NCBI GenBank assembly: GCA_001643675.2
Contig: LSRY02000033.1
Location: 62,001 to 126,000 of the forward strand
Direction of reading: 5' to 3'
Length of the DNA: 64,000 nt
Source: Monocercomonoides exilis PA203
Lineage: Eukaryota; Protista; Preaxostyla
Below are positions 38,816-51,800 of the stretch, in pieces (position 1 is the stretch's first letter; each line of letters starts with the position of its first letter). A program made the position numbers and the translations under genes. The notes below the pieces were generated by a model. That model ran no database searches. It was not told the origin of the DNA and worked only from the letters and a program-made list of their open reading frames with translations.

Positions 38816-40212
38816 TTAAAAATAATCACAGAGATTTATTGAACATATATAAACATTAAAGCGATTATTGAGTAAAAATCCTTGTAAACTAAACATAATG
38901 TCTTCATATCCGTCTTCCTCCAACACGTCAAATATCTCTTTTGGTGATAATTTCCTATTTGGCTCTTCGCTTTTCTCCTTCATTTCCAGTTTCAGCCTTT
39001 TTGAAAGGATTTGGAAAAATATTGTAAAGTGTGTTGTTATTTCTTCTTCCAAAGTTGGACTGTGGATTTCCTTCAGCATGAAATCAACACACCCTGCCTT
39101 TGACAAGTCATAAACATCAAATATTTTCGAGCCCATCATGTGACTGAAGAGTTTGAAATGCTTTTTAAACATCTGCCAATAATTGTTCCTTGCAGATTTG
39201 AACAGCCTCAAAATGCATTCAACAAATTTGACATAATCTTTTTCTTGTGTTTTTGCTGAGAGAACAAATGATTCAACGGTTTTGCACCATCTCATAATTG
39301 TGTAGACTTCTCCATATTTCATAATTCGTTTTTCCTTTTTCTTCCAATCCACGCATTTTTCAAGTTCTTCCAATTCCTTTGTCACTTCTCTCACAAAATG
39401 CAGCTCATTCACAATCACACATTCCAAACTTTTTTCATAGCTCGATCTGCTGATCAAAAATTCCCATGCAGACTGATAGGCAAGCTGGGTTAAGTTGTGA
39501 TGCTCCTGATGGTGTTGGATAATTTCAATAATTTCATCGATGTACAACTGGCTTTCTTCAACCTATTTAAAATTTAGTATTAAGCCTAACAATTGAAAAA
39601 AGAAAATCACAAAAGACTCACACTTTCCATAGGCTTATGCAGCTAAAAGCTATCAAAGCCATTTCTATTTCTTTTTGAGTTTTAACGCTTTGCTCCTTGT
39701 TCAAAGAAACTTTCAAAAGGCAGGACGCACAAATGGTGAGCAATTTGTCTGGAAAGTTGTTGGCGAATCTTCGGAGTGTTAAATAGCATTCACATAGATC
39801 AATCAACAGCTTTTCATTCCTTTCTTCTTTTTTCTCACTTTCGTCAATGATTAACTTTTCAAATCTGAAACGCAATGAAGTATAATCAAACAAATTGTTC
39901 CAAAAATTGCACATTGACTTACAAAATCCAATATGCTTCAACAACAAAACAGCATTTTCCAATGACAAATTCTTTTCTTCCATCTTTTTGATTATTCTAT
40001 TGAACAGCTCTATATTAATAGCCGATTTCATTTCCTCTTCATCCATTTCGTCTATAAAGCAATTCAATTCATCAATCAGTTGTTTTTGTTCACAATTATC
40101 TAAATTATGCTTAGATTCAGAAAATATTGCTTGGAAGAACGAAAAACAAAAATGAGCCGATAGAAAGCGGTATAAATAAAAACACACTTGAAAACTTTTC
40201 TGCAAATGACAT
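38816..40212 (-). CDS. Hypothetical helical protein of a family I recognise as highly expanded in Monocercomonoides; exons 40212-40188, 40129-39624, 39562-38816
   Basis: Splicing gives MSFAEKFSTIFSE...EKNLSLENAVLLLKHIG...NEKLLIDLCECYL...IIQHHQEHHNLTQLAYQSAWEFLI...LEEDGYED. GT-AG junctions are phase-compatible, and there is an in-frame stop upstream of the ATG. Confidence 0.8.
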
Positions 40213-40949
40213 CTGCTGAACCTTATTCAAAAATAATTGCAATTGTCAAAAAATTGAATCAAAAATTTCATTATTACTTGAACAACTCAAAACAAGCGCG
40301 AATACCTATGTACTTAGCAAAATATATCAAATACGATGAGTTTCAATATCCTTTGATTAAATGTGTTTTTCGTTTAATATTTTACAAAACAAAGGAGCAC
40401 TATCAACTCTCAATGAAAAATGGGAAAGATGATCAACAGAAAAAACTTGAAAATTAGCAAAGAATTTCTGTATTTGTTCAATAAGAAGTATTTTTACACA
40501 TAATTTTTTTTGTTCGAATGCAGGAATAAATTATTCTGCTTCAAAGATATTGATAATGTTATAATTTTTTCTTGACCTTTTTTTTATCAAGACCATTTTT
40601 TTTAATTAATCATTAACTTATCCCACAATTTCTTATTTTTTAAAGATTTTTAAGTATATATATATGAATTCAATAGATAAAAATATATACATTTTGAAAC
40701 AAACCCAATTTCGCATGGGGGGGAGATGGGAGGGTTTAGCCCCATCATTGAACTTCTGTGTGGAATTGGAGGATTTCATGGGGCATAAAACCTTCAGTTT
40801 GTTAAAAAATGCAATTTATATTTTTTTTTTTTTCATTTCATTACAATTAAAAAAATAAAAAAAATTATGATGATCTTTAAAATTTTATTAAAATGATAAT
40901 ATCTACAGAAATAAAATTTAAAGAAGGTTAGAAAAAATTACAGAGAGCA

Positions 40950-42433
40950 ATGTCTTCGCGCAAGTACAGGAATTTTCACAGTCGTCTGGATCGAATGGCT
41001 CACATCGTTGTCCATGGAGTAGTTCGCATCACGGATGCTGTTAATTCCAAAGAATTTCATCGTACAGGTATCAAAAATACAGTTTGAGCGCTGAGAAAAG
41101 GAAGGCTTGTTGGAAAAGTTGGCAGACCTGCAGCAGAAGTGGGTGAAAAGGAACAAAGAGTTTTATACATTATTCACATTGAAGCATAGAATGGAACATG
41201 TTTAAGTTTAAAAAAAAACAAGAGAATTGGTTTGTTTTTTTATTATTTATATGTTTTATTCATTTGTTTTTCAGATGGAAAATGAAATAAACGACAACGA
41301 TGATGAAGATGCGACATTTACAGAAGTATCAATGTCTGCCACGTATGGCTTTGTCAAGCGTCACCCGGATCTGAAGACTGGAACGCCGAAGAATTTGGAC
41401 ATTAACAAACTGGCTGTCGTGCAGAAGTGTTTTAAAACCCTGGTACAAAACACTAGACGAGCTGCATAAAAAGTTCCATTTCAATCCGTCTTTGATTGCA
41501 AACATCGACGAATCTTCAACGCGCGTTCCTACAGATTCAAAACAGCTTGTTGTCCTTGCAGTAGATACGAAAGAAGGTATTTCTAAAGAACCACAAAGAA
41601 TGATTAATTCTTCATTCGTGACATCTGTAACAGATGATGAATTATCCTTTCTTTCTGTTATTCAATGACCAAGTGTATATTTACCAGAGGAACAGAATAG
41701 CCTTTTATCTCAAACGAAGGAAATTTGGGCATATGGAAGCGGATGGATGGACAACAAATGTTTCAAAAGGAATGCTCTCACCATTCTTCTTTCTTCCATC
41801 ATCGAAAGAAGAAAGCGCATGTCACTGGAAAACGAACACATTCTTTTCCTTCTTGATTCGCATGCATCTCGCGCAGATCCATCGATCTGGCGAGAATTCC
41901 AAGAACAACAAGTCGACGTTTTAACCTTCGTGCCACACAGCACACACCTCTGTCAACCACTGGACAGAGGGGTGTTTGCTGAGTTCAAATCTGAATTGAC
42001 ATATAAATTTGAGGCTTCTTCTTCTTCATCTTCCTCCAAACGAGCTGCAATTTCCGACGTTCTGCCTCAAGCCATCCACACAGCATTATCTCCTTCTGTA
42101 ATACAGAAAGCTTTTGTCTGCAGTGGTGTTCTTCACAATTCTTTTGGGCCAGATCTTTTGAAACTGCTGTAATCTTCGATTTACCCTCTTCCATCCAGAA
42201 GAAAATGATTTTCCTTTTATGGAAAAGTGATAACCGACGAAAATCTTTCAGGGAAATGGGAAAATCATTTGAAAATGAATATTGAAAGGAAAAATGAAAT
42301 GGATGAAAAGGAGAAAGATGAAGTGAAGACTGTTGTGGATGAAAAGAAAAAAATAAAAAGAAGATTTCTTCATGTGACAAACGATGATTCTGATGATGAA
42401 AAGAAAGACAATGCATTAAATCGAGCTGAATGA
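40950..42433 (+). pseudogene. Degraded pogo/Fot1/Tigger-like (DDE_1, DD35D) DNA transposase
   Basis: Fragments in shifting frames: GKVGRP (start of a CENP-B-type HTH region), YGFVKRHPDL, IANIDESS, SGWMD, LFLLDSHASR-...-VPHSTHLCQPLDRGVFAEFK, with 35 residues between the last two Asp. Premature TGA/TAG in the 5' part, frameshifts, and an apparent intron at ~41229-41274. Confidence 0.85.
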
Positions 42434-43033
42434 AAAATGAAAGTTATCAAAAGAATTAATACTGATTTTGTTAACATTTTATAATATTGTTTTTAATAAT
42501 TTTTTCACTTCATTTTTTTTGGATCAGAATAAAGAAAAAGTGTCAGGATAAAATAATAATACTGTATGTTTTTTATTTGACAATTTCACGAAAGAAAATA
42601 TTGAATAATTTGAATGAAAATAAGATCAAGTTTCAACAAAAATGCATTTGGCATCGTTGCAAAGAATATGAATATTTTGCTCATGTTCTTTTTTCTTTTC
42701 CAAAATGAGTTTTAATTGTTCTCTTTAACTGTTGGGTTCAAATGTTTATTTTTGACTAATCAATTTTCAACAATCACGTTAATTGGTCAGTTAAAAAATC
42801 CTGCAATTCTAATGAAGAATTATAAAAAAGGAAAATTGTCAAAGATAATACGGACATTAATTTCATTTGAAAAAGAATTGCAAATCATTTCTTTTGACAG
42901 CCCAAGTGCCTGAATCAACATATTGACAACAACAAACGTACTCAAGAGCACCTACACATGAATTCAGAGACTCTTTCGTTCGTAACTTGAACTAATCAAA
43001 GTTAGTGATTACAAAAAGTCCAGGGATGAGAAA

Positions 43034-43034
<1 letters not shown>

Positions 43035-43062
<28 letters not shown>
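43035..43062. repeat. Poly(A) homopolymer (28 nt)
   Basis: Seen directly. Confidence 0.9.
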
Positions 43063-43065
<3 letters not shown>

Positions 43066-43753
43066 ATTTATGTAAACATAACTTTCAATGATTAAAGTAT
43101 TGAATGATAATAGAAAAGAAAAAAATTTTGATGAAAATGAGATTATGTTTCCAAAAATAAGTCGAGGAACATGTTGAAGAAAAGACAATAGAAATTTCTA
43201 TTTTTAGAAATTTTTTTCGCACAAAACGTTGACCATATCAAGTTTTGAGATATTGATTGTATTGCCAGCGATTAATCAGAGAGAAAAGACTATAGTTCAA
43301 TATTATGTGAGAAGCACTTTGAATTTGTCAATTAGCAATCAAAAACAAAATCAAGATAATGCAACAAAGGAATCTCAATTCAAATTCAAAAGTTCAATAC
43401 AAATAATTTATTCAATGGAAAGAGTTATTTTTCATTAAATATTATCCTTTCCTTTTCAATCGAAGATTGAATGTCATATGCATTTGTTTGAAAGAATTAA
43501 AAATAATAACGTCAAATTTGTCCGGATCAATATGAAATCGTAGAAATTGCAGTTTAAAATCTCGCTGAAAGTTTTGGAGGATTTCACAATTGTGAAGAAT
43601 GAAATTCTCAAAAATGAAATAGGCTTTCTAATTAGTTCATTTTGTTTTTCACATGAAGTTCTCATGTTCATGAAATAAAACCAAATAGCTCCAAAGGATT
43701 TGTATTTCTTTAAATACTTATTTTTACAACCTGTACATTTTAATTATTCAATA

Positions 43754-44718
43754 GGGTCAGTAATTTATCATATCCCGTTCTTTTCATCGGGACATAAAAT
43801 TTCTGGCTCACAGGAGCACTTTAGAAAAAATGAAATAACAGGAAACTTTCAAAATGTTAATATGTGCTATTCCTGAAAATAATTTTTATGTTTTAAATAT
43901 TAGTGAAAAGATCTGGCGTTTTTTGTTTTATTTTTTAGATCAAAGACTTGCTCATATTTCAACGAGTTTTTTGTTTTGAGAGTTTTGAGTGTTGATTTTG
44001 TTATTGAACATAACTTCTTTACAATTTTGGTTATTTTTCATTGTTAAACACTTCGTTTTTTTATTATTTTTTTCATTTCACTAAATTTCGATAAAATTTA
44101 AAATAAATTGTGAAATTAGAGTTACCATGTTTTTGTTTATTGAAGAATAGTTAAAAAAACTGATTGATATGTGTACCATCTCAGTTTTGAAATGAAAAAA
44201 TATGATTTGAAGCAAAGGAAATAAAAAAACTCATAAACAAGTTTTTGAGCATAATAATCATGATCATAAAAAATTAAGGATTTTCATCCTTTTGTATATC
44301 TTTATTTATTGATAATTCAAATATTTTCCCATTTTAATTAACGAAAAAACTTATTTATTCAGACGTATTCTTCAATTTTTCGAAATTAAGTGAAATGGAA
44401 AAAGTCATAAAAAAATGAAGTGTTAAACAATGAAAAATAACCAAAATTATAAAGAAGTTATGTTCAATAACAATAACAACTCTAAAAAATCTCAAAACAA
44501 AAAGCTCGTTGAAATATGAGCAAGTCTTTGATCTAAAATAATAAATCAAAAAACTCCAGATCTTTTCACAAAAATTAAAATATGAAAAAATATTTTCAGG
44601 ATTAGCTTTTTATTATATATTAAAAATTTTCTATTTGAATTATTTTCGAAAAGTGCACTGAAGATCCAGAAATTTTAGGTCCCGATAAAAAAAAGGGGAT
44701 ATGATAAATTACTGACCA
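43754..44718. mobile_element. Second ~965-bp MITE/foldback element with ~350-bp diverged TIRs
   Basis: Left TA|GGGTCAGTAATTTATCATATCCC...TAGATCAAAGACTTGCTCATATTTCAACGAG...GTTATTGAACATAACTTCTTTA pairs with right TAAAGAAGTTATGTTCAATAAC...CTCGTTGAAATATGAGCAAGTCTTTGATCTA...GGGATATGATAAATTACTGACC. Confidence 0.85.
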
Positions 44719-45880
44719 AATCTTTTTTCTGGACTTTTCATCATTTTCAACAAATATACCAAAACGCAATCGCATATTCATTTATATATACACTTTCAAA
44801 AGATGTCTTTTCTCCCAAATTGATATCTTTGCGTTTTTGCTCTTTTTCATTCCCTCTTTTCCTCAATATCTCAAGTGTCTATTAAATGTGACAGTGAAAC
44901 GTTCAAATTTGGAACAACATAAAAAGGTTTTTGTATGTCAGTGGATTGAAGCAAACACTTTTTGGATAAAATATATTTTCATAGTTGCTTTCTGTTATTA
45001 TTTCTTGTCAACTTGCATATCACATGGTTTCACATGAATGTCAACAGAAATATGAACACAAAATTATTTGTTTTAATGATTAGCATCCACAGAATAAGAA
45101 TAATTTTTTTCTCTCCAACTTTTGGCTTTTGGAAATTGAAAGATAACGTGCTCATTAACTCATCTTGAAAAAATCCAGAACGTGCTTTAAACAATGAGGA
45201 ATATATTGTTCATGATCAGCTGAAATTGAAATGGAAATCAAAAAACAATGGAAAGAATATCATCTTATTCTATCAAAATCGAGCCATTTGAATGTTCAGT
45301 TTTTGTGCTTTCAACGAAACAGAATCACAGAAATAACGTCTTTTTTGGGTTTTAAAATTCATATTACAGATATGAGAAAAGTTCAGTTATTAACTGATAA
45401 TATCTTTTTCAATTGCTTTAAAGTTTTCAAAAGTCTTCTATAATTGTCTTCAATACAACCTCACTTGTTTTATGATCAGATTATTCATTTTTTTTAAAAC
45501 ATGGAAAAGCAAACTCATTGCATTGAGCAGATATGCATGTTGAATTGCTCTCGCTGGAGTCCTTATTACTGAAAAATCTCTAACTTTAAGAAATTTGTGG
45601 ATTTGACAATTTCTCAAATATATTTTCTTCATGATTATTTATGTTATTTACAAGAATTGGGAGTGATTCAACCATTATATGAGATCATATGAGCGACGTT
45701 TAAAAATACATCACTTCCATTTGCTCACGATGTAAATAATTATCTAATTATATCATATTTCGATTCGACCTAAATTCATAAAAAAAAGGCAAACCTTTAT
45801 AAAACTTTTGTGATTAAGATTTTGATAAGACCTGTATTCCTTCGTTTTCACAAGTTCGTATCAAACTGAAAAGAAAGAAA

Positions 45881-48800
45881 ATGTACAAATTTCATTGTTT
45901 TGCTATTTCTGTGATTGGAGCGATGATTGAACTTGATTGTGAGAATAATGTTTTTCAAAAATTTCACCAATCAAACCTTGAAAGAGAAAAGAACAGAAAT
46001 TTGGAGTATTCAAGGAATAAGTTCATTGAACAAACAAGAAAAAAAGAAATGAGAATTGGATTCGAACGAAGTATTCTGAAAGCAAGACAAATACTTCGCA
46101 ATTCTTCAATTGAAATAATCCAGATGATCCTTGTTTGCACATGCACGGAAAACTCGTTTTCAGTTTATTCTGAAAGTTCATTCAATATTATGTCAAGTAT
46201 TTTTGAGTTTCCAAATGAGAGTAATCACTCTCCTCTCAGCTGTTGTGAAGGAAGCGTTTATTTGACTAATATTTCGATATTTCCAAATTCAATAAATCGA
46301 AGAGTTGGACCAATTATTGAAAGAAAATCACATGGAAATACTAATGCTTGTAATGGAAGATTATTTGTTAGATGCTCTTTTTTCACAACCTTCAGCATTT
46401 CGTCAGGTCCGTTTCTTTATTCGGAGAGTGTTTCGAGTGTTTTGATTAGCAACTCCATTTTCGCAAATATCTCTTCAAAAACATTTGTCGATTCAGTTAA
46501 TGAGAAAGTGGGTCCATGTTTTTCCACGGTTGAAAGTTGTTGTTTTCACTCTGTTCGGAACGTGATTGATGGAGGAATTGTGAAATCTATCAATTCCCCA
46601 TCGTCATCACTCGTTTTTAGAAACTCAACACTTCGTTCCTGTTATCGATCTGTAAATGAAAACACCGAAAAGATTGGATCAAAAGAAGATCCCATGAAAA
46701 AATCTCAGAGAATAATGGTAGAAAATGGCGATCATGTATTTGAATGGTGTGAATGGAAGGATCTTCTCAAGTCAACTTCTGAAGGAGGTGCTATTTGTTG
46801 TCAGTTGAACAACAAAAAAATGTCGATTTCATTTTGCTTGTTTGGGAATTGTTCAACATCCTCGAGCGGCGGAGCGATATATCTCGACTCTTTATCTGAT
46901 ACAAAAATCACCTTCACAAATTTTTCATTATGCTTCTCTGATACGCATGCAGGTGGAATGTTTTATCGAACTCCATCAGCAGCGTCTTTCGAAATGTCAG
47001 ATTGCCTTTGTACAAATTGTTCAATAAAATCCGACAGAGGCCCTTTCACATATCTTTTTTTGGATGGGCACTATTCAGGATATTTCTTGTTTAAGAAAAC
47101 AATAGTGATGAACAACAAACGGAATAATAGTTTTGGGGCTTTATCCTTCAGTTTTCCAACACAGACAGAAATTATGAATATTTCTGAATGCCGTTTCGTC
47201 GGCAATACTGTGAAATCAACTTCAAATGATTGTGGAGGAGCTGCAATGTTTTTTTTTATTGCTATTCTTGGATGAAAGGAAAACAGTTTATTTCGTTTTG
47301 TTTCTTTCATAAGAATATTGACGAAGGAGAAAGAGGAAATGATGTAAAGTTCAGGGAGTATTCAAATCTGACATCATCTCCATTCCTTGAATGCTTTTCA
47401 ACAGCAAGTGAAAAGAGAGTTTGGTATAACGGAACAGCTGTTAATGATGAATATAATGAATGGCTGCCACTTGGAGCAAGAAAGAGATATGTTGCGTAAA
47501 AAGGAAGTGATGATGAAGAAATATGTGGTGTTATTGAGGATGATCCATGCAAAACAATTGGGTATGCTGTTGATAGCGCTTTTGCAGATATGTTTCAAGC
47601 GTTGATTCTGTTGGAATCATCGTTTAACCCTTCTAAATCAATTAACATTGGAAGGAAGATAATTATTTTGGAGGGAAATGGGATTGAAAAGTCAATAATA
47701 ACATCTTCTAAGCTGCTTTCAAATTCATTATTCCAGATATCAACTGGAATGCTTTCAATTTCTTCCTTAAAGATAATTCGTGTGCCGTCTCATATGGAAT
47801 CACCAACCCTATTTGCTTTAAATGAAACAAATGGAAAACTGCAGTTGAGCTTTCTGACAATTGTTGGAAATGGAGAATCCTGTCCAATAAGAAATTGCTT
47901 GTTTTAAATTGAATCAGGTTCATTTTCGTTGAACAACACAAACATTTCACTGTTAACGTTCACATCGTCTGTTGTCATATTGTCACTTGGATTGCTTAAC
48001 ACACCTGTGCTTATAAACTCTTCATCATTCGCATCAGTCACTTGTCTGGAAGGAGGGTGCTCAGCTTTTTTCAGCTTTTCATCAACATCTACCTTTTCAT
48101 TATTTTCTGTTGAAATATCAAATTGTTCTTGTTCATCACTCTTATCCACAGCTTCTTTACCAAAATCAACAAATGGAGGTTGTTTTTCTTTTTTCTCTTC
48201 ATCTTTAACCATGCAGTTGATTGTGAGGGATACTTTGTTTTGGAGATGTTGCGTTGACGAGAAGGATAAAAAAGGGAAAGGAGGGGCAATTTTCGTGGAT
48301 TGCAAGAGTTCAGGCGAGTTAAAATTTGAAGAAGTTTCATTTGACAGATGCGCTGCGGGTGTTGGAAATAATTTGTTTATTGTGAGCAGTTATCTGAATG
48401 AAACAATCTCAAAGGAAAGGTTTTTATTTCAATCGAAAAGTACAAGGCAGATAAAAATGGATTTGTTGGAAGTGATGAAACGTTTGTTAATATTGATCTT
48501 TTGAGGTTCTTGATGGAGTACAAAGAATAGACAGTATTCGTTTCAAACGTGAATGAATTGGACATATTGAGATGCGGAAGTAATGAGGAACCTTGCAATT
48601 CGATTGAGTTTGGATTGTCGCATTGGATCGGTGAGGTAATTGAAAAGTTGGTGGTGATTTCAAAAAGTGTGAAAGTTAAACGCGAAATTGACATGAGCGG
48701 AGTTCGGATTGCACCTGACAACGAAAATGAAATGGTATTGATGAACTTTGAATCTGAAATAAATGGAAATGAAAAGTGGGTGATGGAGAACAGTGAGAAC

Positions 48801-51800
48801 TTTTCAATGGAGCTAATCTCAGTAATGGTTCCCGGTTGCTTCTCTCCTCAAAGGAAATGTTTGATTGAATCACGTTCTGGAATCCTCAAAATGAGTCAAT
48901 GCTGATATGCTCCTGAATTGCTTTCTGCAATTGTGAAGCATTCATTAATTTTTGTTATATCTGGGAGTTTTGAGTGCATTCAATTGTCGATCGATACATC
49001 ATTAGCTTGCTCATTTTGTGAATCGCTGTTTGTAATTTCCACACAATCAGCATCTATATCTTTCCTCAACACATCTCTTTCAAATGTCAAAGTTCAGGAT
49101 AAACCTCTCATAAACATTCATCATTCTCAAGACAGTATTTCAAGGAATACCGTTTGCGAAGTGATGGTGCATTCAGTTTGTGTGAATGCAATAAACCAAG
49201 GGGATACAAACGAAAGTGTGATTGAAAGTGTAGGAAATGAAAGTGTTGGATTGAAGTTCATAAACTCAACATTCAGAGGGTGCTTGGCAAAGGAGAGTTT
49301 GAAAGGAGGAGGGATGAGAGTCAAATTGAGAGGAGAGAGCTTTTTGAGGATAACCGATGGGGATATGGAGTGGTGTGAGAGTTCAACTATTGGTGGACGT
49401 GGAGGAGGGTGCTATTTGGATTGCGTAGGCGAAGATGAATGGAAAAGTGGAATGGTTGCTCCAATTCTTGATGTGAAATTCAGAGGTGTCAGATTTGAGG
49501 CGAACAATGCAAGTGTTGGACGAGATGTATTCATGAAATGTCATGTGATAGAAGAGCAGATTTCAAAGGAAAATTTTCAAGTTGATTTCGACGAAGAAAT
49601 ATTTGAAAGAAATAATGCAATGCACGGCGAAGAAGTTGTAAATGAAGGTGTTGATATTGATTTAATTCCATTTGTTGAGTTTTTTAAAGGAAGTTAAGTG
49701 TTTGTTGGAGTGACCGGCGGAAAAGATAACGCAAGATGCGGAAAAGTGAATGAACCATGTTTATCTCTGAATGAAGGCGTTAAGCATTTGGGAAGTGAAT
49801 TTCATCGGACTATTTTTGTGAACACTTTCTGCTGCGTGGATAAAGGAATAAAGGCAAGAGACGTTCACATATGCTCCATTAGTTCAGAGAAGAGCAAAGT
49901 CTTTTTAAATAAGCAAATTGGGGAGTTTGAAGATGAACGATGTGCTTTATTGATGTCCGGAGAAGGATCATTGAACAAACTGATTATTGAATTTGGAGAT
50001 GATATTGAGTTTGAAGGAGATTCAATTATTGAAGTATCGGACGGAAATATATCAATTTTGTATTGTGAAATTCTGTCGCAACAGTTATATCCGTTAATGC
50101 TGAATTTTTCAATTGTCATATTGAAGGAAGGGTTGTTGGAGCTTTTTTGCACAACATTCAGCTCAATAAAAACTTCTAAGAAGATAATTTGCCTGATGAG
50201 TGGTGTTGAGATAACGATGACAAAAGTGAACATGACTGGAGTAATTTGTGAAAATCTGATGAAATGTGATGGATGTGCTTTGAATTGTAATAGTATGGTT
50301 ATATGCTCAGCCGAAACCAAAGAAGATTCAATTGTTGTTGAATCAAATTCAAATGTCTCATTTGAAAAATTGAATGTTGAGAATGCAAGCGTATGCAAAG
50401 GTTCATTTATGACTGCAAGAAAGATAACAACAGAAATGAATCAAAATTTTCAACATGTCGAAACAGATGCAGATGCAAATTTCCTTGAGCTTTCAATTTC
50501 ACTGTCTTCATTCAATAATATATCAACAAAATCAAATATCTCCCATGTGATAATCTGTCATTCTACCTCCTTTTTAAATATCTTCAACGTTTCATTATCA
50601 AATTTGAATCCATCTTCATCCACGACGATAGGAAAGGCTATGTGCATCATTTCATGTTTAAATGGATTGATTACTCAAAGCCAGTTCAACGGAAATTGCA
50701 TAAAAACAGATGAGAATAATGGTGAAAATAAACTTGAAAGAGATATATGTTCATGGAACGGATCGTTGTTGGCTGCTCTGAATAGCGTAATTGTTTTGAA
50801 CAACACTGATATCTGTTATTCATCATTTGGAGGTTTATCAGAAAGTGGAGGATACGTGATTATTAAAGCAGGTTATTTTTCAAACAACAATCCTGAATAT
50901 GAAAGATATATTTCAATCAGAAGAAACATATTGTGCTCTGAAAATGGAATCATGAATGTTGAGAGCTTAAAAGGAGGAGATGGATGGAAAGACAATTCAT
51001 CAAAGTGGATTATGAATGAGGGATGCAAATTGGAAGGGATTGTTTCAGAAAGGGATTCGTCATTCTTTATTCCTATATTGGAGAGTGTGGAAGCAAAAGA
51101 AGAGACAAATAGATTGAAGCTGATATTCAAAGGAATGCTTTTTATTCCATTCAATCTGTCATTCAGAGTTGTGAAGAGAAAAGGAGAAGAGAAAGAGATT
51201 GAAAAACATGATTTTGAAGGAAATGGGTTTTTATCAGAAAGAGAAGTTGAAGGGTGTGTGGAGAAAAAGCTGATGAGCATCTGTGGTGAAGAGACAGAAG
51301 TGAGTGTGTGTATTCTGTTTGGTGATTTGAAAAATCCATCTTCAACTGATTCTTTCATTCTGAAAAACAGAAGTGAGCCCAAGGCAAATGGAGATGAAAG
51401 GATTGCTGAAGGAGGAAAAGAAGGAAAATCTTCTTTGTTGTTGATTATTATTGTGTTGGTTGTTGTATTATTCATTGTTCTGATTGTATCTGTTGTTTTG
51501 GCTGTTCGATGGAGAAAGCAAAAGAGAAGAATAGAAGAATTGGAAGTGATTGTTGAAGACACAGTGAAGAAGGATCAGAAGGCATTTGAGATGGTGACGA
51601 TGGAGATGTCTCCTGAGGAACAATGGCGAAAAGCAGAAAATGATGCAGAAAAAGTAAATAAAGCGAAGACAAAGTTAGGTTTATATTCAAAGAAAATGGC
51701 ACATTCCGAATCATCTGAATATTTGCTGGCAGAGAGTGGATCAACTGAATACATCTTGGGGAGAGATTCAGATAAGATTCCTGATTGGGCATTAGAAAAG

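Noticed and set aside
40640-40800. G-rich patch and (TA)n as the left TIR of the pogo relic
   Set aside because: No matching inverted sequence found downstream of the transposase.
42487-45632. Short ORFs of 60-73 aa in AT-rich intergenic and MITE DNA
   Set aside because: Chance ORFs dominated by Phe/Ile/Lys/Asn, with no coding signal.
47497-49697. Stop-codon reassignment (TAA/TAG=Gln, known in some oxymonads) to explain the in-frame stops
   Set aside because: The same gene also has a TGA and two frameshifts; other genes here end in TAA/TAG; and the multi-kb ORFs contain no in-frame TAA/TAG.
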